From IMG/VR virus record IMGVR_UViG_3300033062_002302: a stretch of DNA of 64,000 nucleotides; one strand, 5' to 3'. Made by a program: the position numbers and the translations under genes. This DNA comes from a virus (lineage: Duplodnaviria > Caudoviricetes). The notes under the pieces were generated by a model. It ran no database searches and was not told the origin of the DNA. It saw only the letters and a list, made by a program, of their open reading frames with translations. Every line of letters starts with the position of its first letter. The first letter of the stretch is position 1. Shown here piece after piece: positions 46,879 to 57,676 of this stretch.

Positions 46879-46912
46879 AAATAATTAGTTGCTTCGGTAT
46901 AGCCAAGGGCAC

Positions 46913-47725
46913 ATGTCAAACAATCCTGAAAAGCTCGTGACCCTCCGTTTGAGCGTTTCTAAAGCTAAAACATTCTCAGAATGTAAGAAAAAGTTTGAGT
47001 TCTCATATGTTCTAAAACTACCAAAGAAAGAGATGTTTTACCATACTTTTGGTAAATTCATGCATAAAGTTTTAGAAGATTTTCATAAAATTTATTTAGA
47101 AAATTTACCTGGATATCAAGACCCATATCATATTACTATCGCTTCTTGCTTTAAAGCAGCTCGTGAAGAGTATAAAAAAGATATGACTCCCGAAATGCTT
47201 AAAGAAGCTTATGACTTGACAAACAAGTATTTGAAGATTGTATCAAAAGATAAAAAAGATGGTTTGGTCGCAAATGTAATTGCGGTTGAACGCAATTTCG
47301 AATTAAATATCGATGATAAAGTTGTTTTAAATGGAATGATCGACCGAGTTCAGCTAGATTCAGATCAGGTTATTCATGTTGCCGATTATAAAACATCTAA
47401 AAATAAAAAATATTTAGTTAATGACTTTTTTCAATTATTGACTTATGCTTATATAATTATTTCAGAAAATCCTGATATTGACAAGGTAAGAGCGTCTTAT
47501 ATCATGTTGAGACATGATTTTGAGTATATTACAAAAGAATTCAAAAGAGATGAGATTTTGGCAATGAAAGATAAGTTTTTAAATTATGCCGAAATGATTA
47601 AAGAAGAAAAAGATTATCCGGCGACAATAACGGCGCTTTGTCCATATTGTGATTTTAATCAGAGTTGTGGTCCATATCTAGAAAAACAAGCAAAATCCAT
47701 GAAATATGGAGAGGTTGAATGGTAA
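46913..47725 (+). CDS. PD-(D/E)XK RecB/Cas4-like nuclease
   Basis: LSVS..F..C, G..MH..LE, VE, GMIDRV, DYKT, QL..Y, CPYCDF..C. Confidence 0.85.
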   Translation: MSNNPEKLVTLRLSVSKAKTFSECKKKFEFSYVLKLPKKEMFYHTFGKFMHKVLEDFHKIYLENLPGYQDPYHITIASCFKAAREEYKKDMTPEMLKEAYDLTNKYLKIVSKDKKDGLVANVIAVERNFELNIDDKVVLNGMIDRVQLDSDQVIHVADYKTSKNKKYLVNDFFQLLTYAYIIISENPDIDKVRASYIMLRHDFEYITKEFKRDEILAMKDKFLNYAEMIKEEKDYPATITALCPYCDFNQSCGPYLEKQAKSMKYGEVEW

Positions 47726-47950
47726 ATGAATATTGACGACAAAGAAAAATTGAGAATCGAATTACAAGGACAATTCGATATTGCTTTTCAAAAAATATGT
47801 GAAACGATAGATCTTTCTGTAGAAGAAAGAGAAAATTGTCATTCCCATCCAACCGAAATTGTTCGGGGACAAGTTCGAGTTATGATTGATGTTGACTCGA
47901 ATGTTGGAATATATAAAATGTTTTGCGAACCATCATCAATTAAATTATAA
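47726..47950 (+). CDS. hypothetical protein
   Basis: ORF. Confidence 0.5.
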   Translation: MNIDDKEKLRIELQGQFDIAFQKICETIDLSVEERENCHSHPTEIVRGQVRVMIDVDSNVGIYKMFCEPSSIKL

Positions 47951-47971
47951 TATTTAAGGAAAATAAAGAGA

Positions 47972-49216
47972 ATGCAAATTCAAGTAGAAGAAACGGGCGA
48001 TTGTCAATTAAACATTCACTATGAAGCAGACCAAGAACAAATCCTTTCCAAACAAAAGGAAGTTGTCTCTCTGTTTAAGAAAGCTCCGGTTAAAGGCTTT
48101 CGAAAAGGGAAAGCGCCTTTAAATGTCATTAAAAACCATTACAAGGCTCAAATTGAAGACTCTTTGAAACGAGCCTTGACCGAAGAGGCGTATCATAATA
48201 CTCTCTTTGAAAAGAATATTAAGGCTTATGGAACCCCAGAGTTTAAAACTGTTTTCCTTCAAAAGGATAAATTCACTTGTGAATTTTCTATGCGAAAGAA
48301 GCCAGATTTTGAATTAGCCCCATTTAAGGACATGGAAGTTGTTCGTCCAGCAGCAGATAAGACGGCAGATGTTTTATATGAAGAAATCATGCAGGATCTT
48401 CGAGTTCGCTTTGCTGACTCTGTTCCATTCGATGAAAACGATTCATGTCAAATGAATGACAATGTCATTTTAAATTATCAGGTTTTTAATGGAGAAGAGC
48501 ATTTAACGGCTTTTGATGCTGAGGGAGAAGTCGCAACGGTTGGAAAGTCTAGAATGCCAGGTTTTGATGACGCTCTCTTAGGAATGAAATCTGGAGAAAC
48601 TAGAGAGTTTTTATTGACTGTTCCAGAAGATGGGACAATGCCAGAAATCGCAGGAAAAACTCTTAAATTCGTCGTGACCCTTGTTTTGGGATCTAAAGTC
48701 AATCCAATGCCATTGAATGATGAGCTTGCGAAGAAATGCAATAAAGAAACGTTCGATGAACTCAAATCATATATTATGAGTGTTGCTGGAGCTAAAATTG
48801 CAGAAATTGCAAAAAATAAACTCTTAAACCAACTCATTAATAGATTGGTTGCAGACAATAACATTCAAGTTCCAGACTGGTTGCAGTTGTCAGAAGCTCA
48901 GCATTTAGCCGCTCAATCCAATCTAGACTGGAATGCGATTGAAGAATCGTTGAAAACTAGCTTTCTTGAGTCGGCAACGAATAATGTTAAGTTGTCTTTA
49001 ATTCTAGATCGAGTTCGAGAAGAAGAGCCTGAGGCACAATTATCAGACCAGGAAGTAGTGGACATGATTCGTGGAACGATGGCAAAAGGTCAGGTTGATG
49101 TCACGGAAAAATTAAATCAAATGAATCAGAGTGGGTATCTTCCTATTTTGGTTGCAAGAGTTAGAGATGAGAACACGTTAGATTTCATATTAAATCATTC
49201 AAAGGTTGTGGAGTAA
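47972..49216 (+). CDS. tig: trigger factor
   Basis: GFRKGKAP ribosome-binding signature, FKBP-like domain (PGFDDALLGMKSGE), C-terminal chaperone domain. Confidence 0.9.
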   Translation: MQIQVEETGDCQLNIHYEADQEQILSKQKEVVSLFKKAPVKGFRKGKAPLNVIKNHYKAQIEDSLKRALTEEAYHNTLFEKNIKAYGTPEFKTVFLQKDKFTCEFSMRKKPDFELAPFKDMEVVRPAADKTADVLYEEIMQDLRVRFADSVPFDENDSCQMNDNVILNYQVFNGEEHLTAFDAEGEVATVGKSRMPGFDDALLGMKSGETREFLLTVPEDGTMPEIAGKTLKFVVTLVLGSKVNPMPLNDELAKKCNKETFDELKSYIMSVAGAKIAEIAKNKLLNQLINRLVADNNIQVPDWLQLSEAQHLAAQSNLDWNAIEESLKTSFLESATNNVKLSLILDRVREEEPEAQLSDQEVVDMIRGTMAKGQVDVTEKLNQMNQSGYLPILVARVRDENTLDFILNHSKVVE

Positions 49217-49219
49217 GAA

Positions 49220-49567
49220 ATGCCTAAAAAGAAAATTGTAAATGAAGACGGTCAAGATTCAGGTAGCGGCAAAGTTGGGTTCCCTGAAAAATGGTTAAAG
49301 AAAATCAACCATTGGGTTGAAACTGCCGATAGCATGTCAGATGAAGAGTTAAAGAAAGCTATTGTAGATTCTGAAGGCAATATCTACACGATAGATAATG
49401 AAAAAGACGAAGATGTCAAATTGAATGGCGCCAAGGAATTAGTCAAAGATATGTCTGAGCCTTATCGAGATGCAAAGGCAGTTCAGACGGCAAAGATAAA
49501 GTATGCTCTTTATCTTTTAGAGAGCCGAGGGCTTGATTTGAATAATACTGAATCGGAAAAGGACTAA
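49220..49567 (+). CDS. hypothetical protein
   Basis: GGAG RBS; ORF. Confidence 0.6.
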   Translation: MPKKKIVNEDGQDSGSGKVGFPEKWLKKINHWVETADSMSDEELKKAIVDSEGNIYTIDNEKDEDVKLNGAKELVKDMSEPYRDAKAVQTAKIKYALYLLESRGLDLNNTESEKD

Positions 49568-49881
49568 TGGTCGAGAGATATAAAACCAAAGGATGTTGCG
49601 GTACCACGTCTTTAAGTGTTAAAATAGACCAAACTTTATCTAAGGATTTTCTACCATTATTGAGAGAAGCCGGATTTACAGAAGCTCAACACTTCACCAA
49701 AGCCGGACTCTTATATGTCGAAAATGAATATATGGTCATTTCAGGGTCCTTTGGTCAAACTCTCTTACAAATTAAATGTAAAAAGGCTTGCGACGATTCT
49801 CTTAATGATTTCGAGAAGTTACTGACGACGTGGAGCAAAAATGCCGGAGATCAAGAGGAAAAAAAGAAAAGCGAATCCTAA
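49567..49881 (+). CDS. hypothetical protein
   Basis: TAATG coupling. Confidence 0.6.
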   Translation: MVERYKTKGCCGTTSLSVKIDQTLSKDFLPLLREAGFTEAQHFTKAGLLYVENEYMVISGSFGQTLLQIKCKKACDDSLNDFEKLLTTWSKNAGDQEEKKKSES

Positions 49882-50545
49882 ATCTCCGAAAACGCTTAAA
49901 GCTAATAAAGTTAATAGGTTAGCTTTTGAATTTACTGTTATTACTACATCATTTCACGAGGCTGGGCATGCGCTTTCAGCCTTGTTGAATTTTGGGTATG
50001 TTCATTGTGTCTCTCTTCAAATCTCTAAAAATAAGAAAACGCCAGAATACCTAGGGGAAGCTCGTTATGATGGCGCTGCAAACCTAGGTACTGTTTCCGA
50101 TCCTGATTTGATAAATTGGCTTGTTTTATCAGATATTACTATTTATCAATCTGGGCTTGCTTCTGAAAAAATCTTCTATAAAGAAATCTGCGGAACATCC
50201 AAAGTCCCTTATATTATCAAAGAGGGGTCCCAAATAGATTTTAGCTATGTCTCTGAAATCGTTAAGAAATATGATTTGGCGCCCCCAGGAAAGAAAAGAT
50301 ATTTATTTAAAAATAAAATGTTCCGAGCGACCCAACACCTTCTTCAAGAAAATTGGGGCGACGTTATAATCATCGCACACGCCCTCTTTCAGAGTCGCAA
50401 ACTGACTCATTTAGATTTAAAATCATTATTATTACGCAAATCAATCAATAAAAAGTTCTGGAAAGAACAGTTTAAAAACATTGAATTATTGAATAATAAT
50501 ACTGAATTGACTGATTCTCAAATAAAAAAAATAATTAAACTATAA
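49841..50545 (+). CDS. stand-alone M41 (FtsH-type) metallopeptidase-like protein
   Basis: SFHEAGHA, SGLASE, GS..D, W..V..IAHAL. Confidence 0.65.
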   Translation: MPEIKRKKRKANPKSPKTLKANKVNRLAFEFTVITTSFHEAGHALSALLNFGYVHCVSLQISKNKKTPEYLGEARYDGAANLGTVSDPDLINWLVLSDITIYQSGLASEKIFYKEICGTSKVPYIIKEGSQIDFSYVSEIVKKYDLAPPGKKRYLFKNKMFRATQHLLQENWGDVIIIAHALFQSRKLTHLDLKSLLLRKSINKKFWKEQFKNIELLNNNTELTDSQIKKIIKL

Positions 50546-50637
50546 TATCCGCTAAATATTTTATACGAAATCATTACAGGTTAATGATTATAAACATTTG
50601 TTTTTGATATAAAAATTTATGATATCCAAAGGACCTC

Positions 50638-53600
50638 ATGACAGATTTCGTTAATCTTCATAATCATACTTATTATTCTATTCTTAATTCTCTTATTGCT
50701 CCAAAAGATCTTTTCGAACGAGCGAAAGAGTTAGGACAAACAGCCGTCGCTGTCACTGACCATGGCTCATTAGGCGCTGCCTGGGACTCTCTGAAGGCTT
50801 CTAAAGCAACCGGGGTCAAGCTCATCATGGGATGCGAAATGTACTTCCTAGATGATGCCAAGAAGACTGATGAGCGGTTTAGGCATATCATTCTTCTGGC
50901 TAAGAATGCTGTCGGTTATAAAAATCTCCTGACTCTGAATAAGAGAGGGTTCGATCATAGCGTTATCTTTGCGAAGAGGGTTTATCCAATTATTGATTGG
51001 AAACTGTTAGAAGAACATGCTGAGGGATTAATTTGTCTTACATCTTGTAGCAATGGGATCCTAGCTCAGCTTTTGATGCATAAGAAATATGATGAGGCAG
51101 AAAATCAATTAAAGAAGTTGATGGCAATTTTTGGAGACGATCTTGGCTTAGAGGTTCAAGCGAATACCTTGAAGCGAGGCTCAAATATTCACAATGATAC
51201 GATTGAACAGGTTTTCGTTAACGCCCAGATAATTAAGCTTGCTAAGAAGTTTAATGTGCGTTGTGTTGCGACGGCTAACTCTCATTATTTGAAGAAAGAG
51301 GACGCTCCGGTTCATGACGTTTTGTTGGCGATTGGGTCTCACCAGACCGTTTATTCTAATTTTAGGTTAAAGTATGATTGTCCAGAATTTTATTTGAAGT
51401 CTGGGGATGAGGTCAAGTCCTTTTTTGAGCGTAATTATGGAGATTTTGCTGAACAGCTATGTTCAAATAGCATTTATTTTGCGGATAAATGTGAGCAGCC
51501 AGATTGGATAGATCCAAAGTTCTCTAATCCTTCTGGCAAAGAGTTGCCAACGTTTCCGGTTCAAGATGAGCCGGACTATCAAGAATTTTTATCTTGGCGC
51601 AATGAGCAGACAGATGAGATTAAGTCTTTAGATGAAGACAAGGCATTTTTGAGATATAAATGTGAAATAGCATTTGAAAAATCAAAGATAAGTCCAGAAA
51701 AAATACAAGAGTATAGAGATAGACTAGAAGAAGAGCTTGATACTATTTATTATACTGGCATCTCAAGCTATATGTTAATTACAGCTGATTTTCTTAGTTG
51801 GGCGCGCAATAATGATATTTCAGTTGGTTTTGGTCGTGGCAGCATTGGAGGATGTTATGTTGGATATCTATTAAATATTCACCAAGCCGATCCAATTCAA
51901 TATGATTTAGTTTTTGCACGATTTTTCAATAAATTAAAAAATGATTATAGTGATATTGACAATGATATCTCTAAAGCAAATAGAGGTAAATTAATACAAT
52001 ATATTATTAAAAAATATGGGGAAGAAAATGTTTCCCAAGTCTCTAACGTCATTAATATGACTCCAAAAGTTTATGTCAAGGACGTCGCAAGAGCTTGTGA
52101 ATTTGGTGGCTCTAAGGAGCAGGCGGTTGTAATTGGAAATGCCATTGCAGACTGTATCTCAGCTGATATTAAACATATGGATGACGCATTTGAAAAAATT
52201 CCATTAATTGCAGAATATGCAAATGTTTACCCTCAATTATTAAAGTATAAAGAAATAGCTGATAAACCTAGAAATGTTGGCTGTCACGCCGCCGCCGTAA
52301 TCATAGGTCAAAGACCGCTGCACTCTATTGTCCCAATGAGAAGAGACAAAGATGGTGATTATATCACAGAATATGATAAAGTTTTAATTGAAGAAAATGG
52401 TTTGGTCAAAATAGATATTTTGGGACTAAATACTCTAGATATTATTGATAATGCTCTTTCTCTAATTAAAGAAGCCGGAAAGCCGTTGCCTAAAATTGAT
52501 TGCGATAAATACGATCAAAAAACTTATGATTTAATTTCATCTGGAAATACTTTTGGCATTTTCCAATTTGGAACATCTGCCGGAACAATAGATTTATGTA
52601 AGAAAATTCAACCAAAAAGCATTGAAGATCTTGCAGTTATTACCACTTTAGCTCGTCCCGCTTCTAAAGAAATTAGAGATGCATTTATCAAGACTAAGAA
52701 TGGTAAAATGCCAATAAATCTTTTACATCCTAAATTAGAAAGAGCTTTTAGCAAAACCTTTGGATTTCCTTTATACGATGAAAGTCTTCTTATTTTAGCG
52801 AAAGATGTCGCTGGTTGGGATCTTGCAGAAGCAGACAAGCTTAGAAAATTAACTAAAGAAAAAGGAAAAAATCCAGCCAAAGTAAAGAAATGGCGTCAAG
52901 AATTTATTGATGGCTCCATCTTAAATGGTTTAAAACAAGAAGATGCCATTAAAATATGGACAGATATTATCGAGCCTTTCGGGAAATATTCTTTCAATAA
53001 AAGCCATGCAGTTCTATATTCCATGGTTTCATATCAGACAGCATATCTCAAAGCTCATTATCCAGTAGAATTTTTATTGGCTAATTTAATGGCTGAAATC
53101 AAGAGTAATGCTCCTGATGCCAAAAACAACATTGATAAAATTAAAAAAGAAATTCGTCAGCAAAAAGTCAAAATCATTAAGCCTGACATTAACAAGTCTG
53201 CTCTTCGTTATAATCTAGAAGAAACAGACAAACTTGTAACAGGTCTCGACGCTCTAAAATTTGTTAGTGATGATGCCATTAATGACATTATCTCTAAGCG
53301 ACCTTTCCGTAATTTCCAAGATTTTATGGCGCGTGTTGATTCTCGAAAGGTTCGAGCCAATACGATTCAGGCTTTAACCGCTAGCGGATGTTTAGATTCT
53401 TTTAACATCTCTAGAAAGAACATTTTTCTTTATTGCTCAGATTATCGTAAAAAATTAAAAGTTTGGCTTAAAAAGCACGACTCAGAGACTCAAGAGTTTA
53501 ATTATCCTTGGAAAGACGATTCTGAGTGGAGCATGCCAGAACTCTTTGCTTTAGAGAAGAAGTATGTTGGCGAAGCTTTTATTTGCGGAAAATCAAAAGC

Positions 53601-54147
53601 TTATGGGGATTTCTTCAAGGTTCCGCATGTGACTCTAGATAAAATTAAGAAAGAAGACGATAAAAACCAGATAAAAGAACTCAGGGTTGAAGTTAAAGAC
53701 ATGTTTGAGTTCAAGATAAAGAAAGCGGATAGTCGTTATTATGGTCAATCTATGATAAAGGCTGTTGTTGAAGATATCAATGGAAAACAGTCCAGTATGA
53801 CCATTTTTCCTCGTGGCTGGACTGAAATTCAAGAAAGAATAAAAAGTGTCACCAAAGGAAAGTTTAAGTTTGAAATTGGTTGCGCCCTTTATTTCTCAGG
53901 AACCGTTAATGTTTATGAAGATGATGTAGGTATTATTCTAGAGCAATTATATGATTTTAAGCCTCCTCCACAGCCTCCTTTAGATTTGAAGGCAAAGAAG
54001 GTGACAATGAAGTCTGTTCGAAAAAAGAAAGGCGAAATTGAGGAAGAAGAGACCGAGGACGAGATTTTTGAAGAAATTGAAGATGAGATGATAAATGAAG
54101 GTCTCTTTGATATAGAGGAAGAAGACGATTATAATGGAGATGATTAA
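50638..54147 (+). CDS. dnaE: DNA polymerase III alpha subunit
   Basis: PHP LHNHT/TDHG, GRGS, SDIDND, KIDILGL, FNKSHA. Confidence 0.95.
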   Translation: MTDFVNLHNHTYYSILNSLIAPKDLFERAKELGQTAVAVTDHGSLGAAWDSLKASKATGVKLIMGCEMYFLDDAKKTDERFRHIILLAKNAVGYKNLLTLNKRGFDHSVIFAKRVYPIIDWKLLEEHAEGLICLTSCSNGILAQLLMHKKYDEAENQLKKLMAIFGDDLGLEVQANTLKRGSNIHNDTIEQVFVNAQIIKLAKKFNVRCVATANSHYLKKEDAPVHDVLLAIGSHQTVYSNFRLKYDCPEFYLKSGDEVKSFFERNYGDFAEQLCSNSIYFADKCEQPDWIDPKFSNPSGKELPTFPVQDEPDYQEFLSWRNEQTDEIKSLDEDKAFLRYKCEIAFEKSKISPEKIQEYRDRLEEELDTIYYTGISSYMLITADFLSWARNNDISVGFGRGSIGGCYVGYLLNIHQADPIQYDLVFARFFNKLKNDYSDIDNDISKANRGKLIQYIIKKYGEENVSQVSNVINMTPKVYVKDVARACEFGGSKEQAVVIGNAIADCISADIKHMDDAFEKIPLIAEYANVYPQLLKYKEIADKPRNVGCHAAAVIIGQRPLHSIVPMRRDKDGDYITEYDKVLIEENGLVKIDILGLNTLDIIDNALSLIKEAGKPLPKIDCDKYDQKTYDLISSGNTFGIFQFGTSAGTIDLCKKIQPKSIEDLAVITTLARPASKEIRDAFIKTKNGKMPINLLHPKLERAFSKTFGFPLYDESLLILAKDVAGWDLAEADKLRKLTKEKGKNPAKVKKWRQEFIDGSILNGLKQEDAIKIWTDIIEPFGKYSFNKSHAVLYSMVSYQTAYLKAHYPVEFLLANLMAEIKSNAPDAKNNIDKIKKEIRQQKVKIIKPDINKSALRYNLEETDKLVTGLDALKFVSDDAINDIISKRPFRNFQDFMARVDSRKVRANTIQALTASGCLDSFNISRKNIFLYCSDYRKKLKVWLKKHDSETQEFNYPWKDDSEWSMPELFALEKKYVGEAFICGKSKAYGDFFKVPHVTLDKIKKEDDKNQIKELRVEVKDMFEFKIKKADSRYYGQSMIKAVVEDINGKQSSMTIFPRGWTEIQERIKSVTKGKFKFEIGCALYFSGTVNVYEDDVGIILEQLYDFKPPPQPPLDLKAKKVTMKSVRKKKGEIEEEETEDEIFEEIEDEMINEGLFDIEEEDDYNGDD

Positions 54148-54150
54148 AAA

Positions 54151-55065
54151 ATGTTTAAACTAAAATTATTAGGATTCAATATAGCTAAGTACTTATATTT
54201 ATTTGGATTAAAGGTGCTGGTTGGTCTTTTAAGTGGACCTGGAGCTTATTTGGCTCAAATGCAAGAAAATTTGCATAATAAAAGATTGGCTCTAAAAAAA
54301 GAGCTATTGACTAATGATGTTTTAAAAATTATCAACTCTACTCGTTCAAGCAAAGAAAATATTCAAAATCAAGTAGAAAAAATTAATGCAGCATTAAAAG
54401 AAATTGTTGAACTTCCTAAAACCTTAATGGAAGAAGATGCTGAGGATAAAAAACATCAAGCATTTCTGGCTGATTATCATAGAAGAGGCAAATTAAAAAC
54501 TGAAAAACTTCAAAGTGGAGAAAGGTTTGGAATTTTAAGAAAATTGACTTCTAAAGAAAATTCTTTTTTTGCAGAGAAAGAATATTCTAAATATAAAGAA
54601 TTTATATCTTCTTCTAATTTTTCAGAGTCTGTAATTGAATATCTTAAAGATTTAGATGCTGAATGCGCTAACTCTTCGGATAAACTTAGCTATATTTTAC
54701 GTCATATAAAGCGAGATATGGCTTTAGATGAAAATTCTGATGTTAAAGACGAATTAATGGCGATTTATAATCATATAAATAATTCAATATATTCAGTTTT
54801 AGTTCCAACATCAATTCATATTGATGATGTAAAGTATGTTGGTAAAGTCACTAATGTTACTAAAAAGCAGGCTTTAGACGCAATTAGATTTTTAAAAAAA
54901 TCATCGCCAAAAGACGAAGATGAGGTTGCCCTTATAGAACAATTAGAAGCTTTAGAAAAATTAGCTAATTTTTCTGATGAAACCGTTAATACGCCTTCAG
55001 CTATACAAGATTCTATTAAAGAAAATGAAGCTCTTTTAGATGCTTTAAGAGATAAGGAAGAATAA
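54151..55065 (+). CDS. hypothetical protein
   Basis: ORF. Confidence 0.6.
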   Translation: MFKLKLLGFNIAKYLYLFGLKVLVGLLSGPGAYLAQMQENLHNKRLALKKELLTNDVLKIINSTRSSKENIQNQVEKINAALKEIVELPKTLMEEDAEDKKHQAFLADYHRRGKLKTEKLQSGERFGILRKLTSKENSFFAEKEYSKYKEFISSSNFSESVIEYLKDLDAECANSSDKLSYILRHIKRDMALDENSDVKDELMAIYNHINNSIYSVLVPTSIHIDDVKYVGKVTNVTKKQALDAIRFLKKSSPKDEDEVALIEQLEALEKLANFSDETVNTPSAIQDSIKENEALLDALRDKEE

Positions 55066-55883
55066 TGCAGTGTAAATCATGTTCCAATGATGTTTCTTTA
55101 AAGTTTCAATATGCTTTGAGCGCTAATAGCTGTCCATTTTGCGGTGAAGATATTATGGATAAAGAGCTTGTAGGGATTTTGTCCAGCCTTCGAAGCACAC
55201 TTGTATCTATAGAAAAATATCCGAATGAAATTTTTGATTGGCTATCTTCTAATCTAGATCTTGTTAAGAAAGAAGATACTGTTTCTTTTATAAAATATAA
55301 AGATCTTGAAAATGAGTTGGTTGAAGCTAAATCATTAATAGAAGATCTTAAAAATAGAGTTCCTCAAAAGCCTCAGGCAGTAAGACCTCAAAAAGCAGGA
55401 TCAACTAAATCAATTGATGAAATTGAAACTGATGCTGAAGGAAATCCTTTGGAAGGCGAATTGCTTCAAGATCCGGAAACGACAAGTACCTTTTTTAAAA
55501 ATGCTTTAATTAAAAATCCAAATAATACCAACGATAAGTTTAGAAAAATGGTTAAAGACATCAAATCAGGCGTGAATCCAGCCGCGAACTCGCCAATTGT
55601 AACTGAAGAAATGCTGCAATCTGGCGATATAGATAGTGGCGAATTTGTTCAATTGTTTGATGACGAATCTTTGAATATAAATTCTGCCTTAGAATCGGAA
55701 GATGATTTTGATGACGAAATTCCGGCTGTTGTTCAACAGATGGCGTCCCGAGCAAATGGAAATAATACGAACGGTGGGTATAACCAGAAAGACGTGGAGC
55801 TTCTTAAAAAGCTGACAGGTGGAGCTACTGCTCGTCAAAAAGCCATGCGCAAAACCGGCTCCGTAGGATTAATTAAGCGCTAA
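55065..55883 (+). CDS. hypothetical protein with N-terminal zinc ribbon
   Basis: CKSC...CPFCG. Confidence 0.6.
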   Translation: MQCKSCSNDVSLKFQYALSANSCPFCGEDIMDKELVGILSSLRSTLVSIEKYPNEIFDWLSSNLDLVKKEDTVSFIKYKDLENELVEAKSLIEDLKNRVPQKPQAVRPQKAGSTKSIDEIETDAEGNPLEGELLQDPETTSTFFKNALIKNPNNTNDKFRKMVKDIKSGVNPAANSPIVTEEMLQSGDIDSGEFVQLFDDESLNINSALESEDDFDDEIPAVVQQMASRANGNNTNGGYNQKDVELLKKLTGGATARQKAMRKTGSVGLIKR

Positions 55884-56230
55884 TGCCTATCAAAATTATT
55901 GACAATAAGAAGGTTGATATAACAGAGGATGAATGGACGATGTATCGTCAAATTGTCGCTAGCTATACCAATCCGCCTTATCAAAAAGGTGAAGACTATT
56001 TTATAGATTTATTTGAAACGAATGATGCCGGAGTAATTATTTATTTAAAACCTCCCTCTCAGAGGCAAGTTTCAATAGAAATATTTTTATTCATGGTCTC
56101 AATTATGAATCATCAGCATTTGCGTGCAATGTATACTCAGATTGATAATCTATCCAAGCAGATTAATATCAAGATAGAACAAGAAGTTAATAGAAAATTA
56201 GAAGAAATCAAGAATAACAAAGAGATTTAA
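55883..56230 (+). CDS. hypothetical protein
   Basis: TAATG coupling. Confidence 0.6.
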   Translation: MPIKIIDNKKVDITEDEWTMYRQIVASYTNPPYQKGEDYFIDLFETNDAGVIIYLKPPSQRQVSIEIFLFMVSIMNHQHLRAMYTQIDNLSKQINIKIEQEVNRKLEEIKNNKEI

Positions 56231-56235
56231 ATTAC

Positions 56236-56658
56236 ATGATTAAATATTTAGACGTTGAAGAGCTCATAGAAAAATGCTTCTCTGAGACGGAAGCGGCATC
56301 ACTTAATAAGTATGACTCAGAAAAGGCGGATAGAACGGCTGCGTTGTTTTTAACTGCGCAGATGAAGCTTTCTTTTTTAATTGAAGACTCAGAAATGAGC
56401 GCAAAAAATAGTAAAAATGAAATCGCTCGTTTGGAAGGCGAAAAATACTTTGAGTATAAGGTCGATAATGCCGACAAAAAGATCACAGAAAATATGATTG
56501 TAAATTACGTCGCTAAGAACCCGGATATAGTAACCGCAAAGACTGAATGCGCTAAGCACGAAGCAAGATTGAAGAAGTGGAATTACCTTCTCAATACTCT
56601 AAAAGACGGTCATGTCTACTTTAGAAATTTAAGCAAAAACAAATCTTGGCAAGAATAA
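56236..56658 (+). CDS. UvsY-like recombination mediator
   Basis: Helical 140 aa with KITE..I..YV; immediately upstream of RecA. Confidence 0.5.
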   Translation: MIKYLDVEELIEKCFSETEAASLNKYDSEKADRTAALFLTAQMKLSFLIEDSEMSAKNSKNEIARLEGEKYFEYKVDNADKKITENMIVNYVAKNPDIVTAKTECAKHEARLKKWNYLLNTLKDGHVYFRNLSKNKSWQE

Positions 56659-56665
56659 GGAAATT

Positions 56666-57676
56666 ATGACGAAATTAGCAACTCAAGAAGAGTCTAAAAA
56701 AGCTATCATTGCAGGAATAGATATCGACAAATTAGTTAAGAAAGCTCAAGCATCTTATGCCAAAAAAGACCAGGGCTTAGCCTCAAAGCTTTCAACTGGC
56801 AAAACGATCATTCGTCCAGCCGATGATAAAGATTATGTTGTATGGACCAAGGGCGATCACTGGAAAGCTCTAACAGGTCTCAAGGGGCTGCCCTTTGGGC
56901 GCATTGTCCAAATATCTGGAAAGCCAGACTCAGGCAAATCAACTCATGCTGGCGCATTTATGGCATTTGCCCAAGCTCAAGGGTATTTGGTTATTCTTTG
57001 GGATTCAGAGCGAAAGTTTAGTCCAAATCGTTTTGACCATAAAATGGGTGGAAGCTCAGATCAATTGTTAGTTGTTGACACTAACAAGATTATCGATGGC
57101 GCAAAAGCAGTTGCGCAATTTGTTCATGCCGCCAAGGAAATGAATCCAGATGTTAAGATTTTAATTGTTTGGGATAGCGTCGGCGCTTCCTTAAATTCAA
57201 CCGAAGATAAGGAAGAGGAAGGGACTGAAGATTACTCTCAGCAACCTGGCGTTTCGGCTAAGGAAAATTCTTATGCAATTAAGAAGTTCAACAAGCTCTC
57301 AAACCGATATATGAACAAAGAAACCGGCGAGGAAACGATTGCAACTCTGGTCATTAACCAGACCTACGCTTCTATTGGCATGGGCGCCCCCACGCAGATT
57401 GAAAAGGGTGGTAATGAAATTTATTACCTTTCTAGCATTATAATTCAGCTTTCTCGAAAGCAAGATTTGACTCGTGTTAAGAATGGCGATAAATATAAGT
57501 ATGGAATCGTCTCTAGAGCTAAGGTCAAGAAAAATCACCTATTCGAAGGTGATGAGTGTATTTCAGAGTTAGATGTTGTTGTCTCGGCAGACGGCATTCA
57601 TTTAGCAAAAGATGTCAAGAAATTTGACGATATAAAGGGCTGGGAAAATCCAGTTTCATTGGAAGAAGATGAGTAA
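56666..57676 (+). CDS. recA: RecA/UvsX recombinase
   Basis: GLPFGRIVQISGKPDSGKST, DSE, WDSVGA, INQ, GG, KKNH. Confidence 0.9.
   Translation: MTKLATQEESKKAIIAGIDIDKLVKKAQASYAKKDQGLASKLSTGKTIIRPADDKDYVVWTKGDHWKALTGLKGLPFGRIVQISGKPDSGKSTHAGAFMAFAQAQGYLVILWDSERKFSPNRFDHKMGGSSDQLLVVDTNKIIDGAKAVAQFVHAAKEMNPDVKILIVWDSVGASLNSTEDKEEEGTEDYSQQPGVSAKENSYAIKKFNKLSNRYMNKETGEETIATLVINQTYASIGMGAPTQIEKGGNEIYYLSSIIIQLSRKQDLTRVKNGDKYKYGIVSRAKVKKNHLFEGDECISELDVVVSADGIHLAKDVKKFDDIKGWENPVSLEEDE

Noticed and set aside
50638-57676. Inteins or introns in dnaE/recA
   Set aside because: Lengths are normal and no intein splice motifs (C...HN) or frame interruptions were seen.
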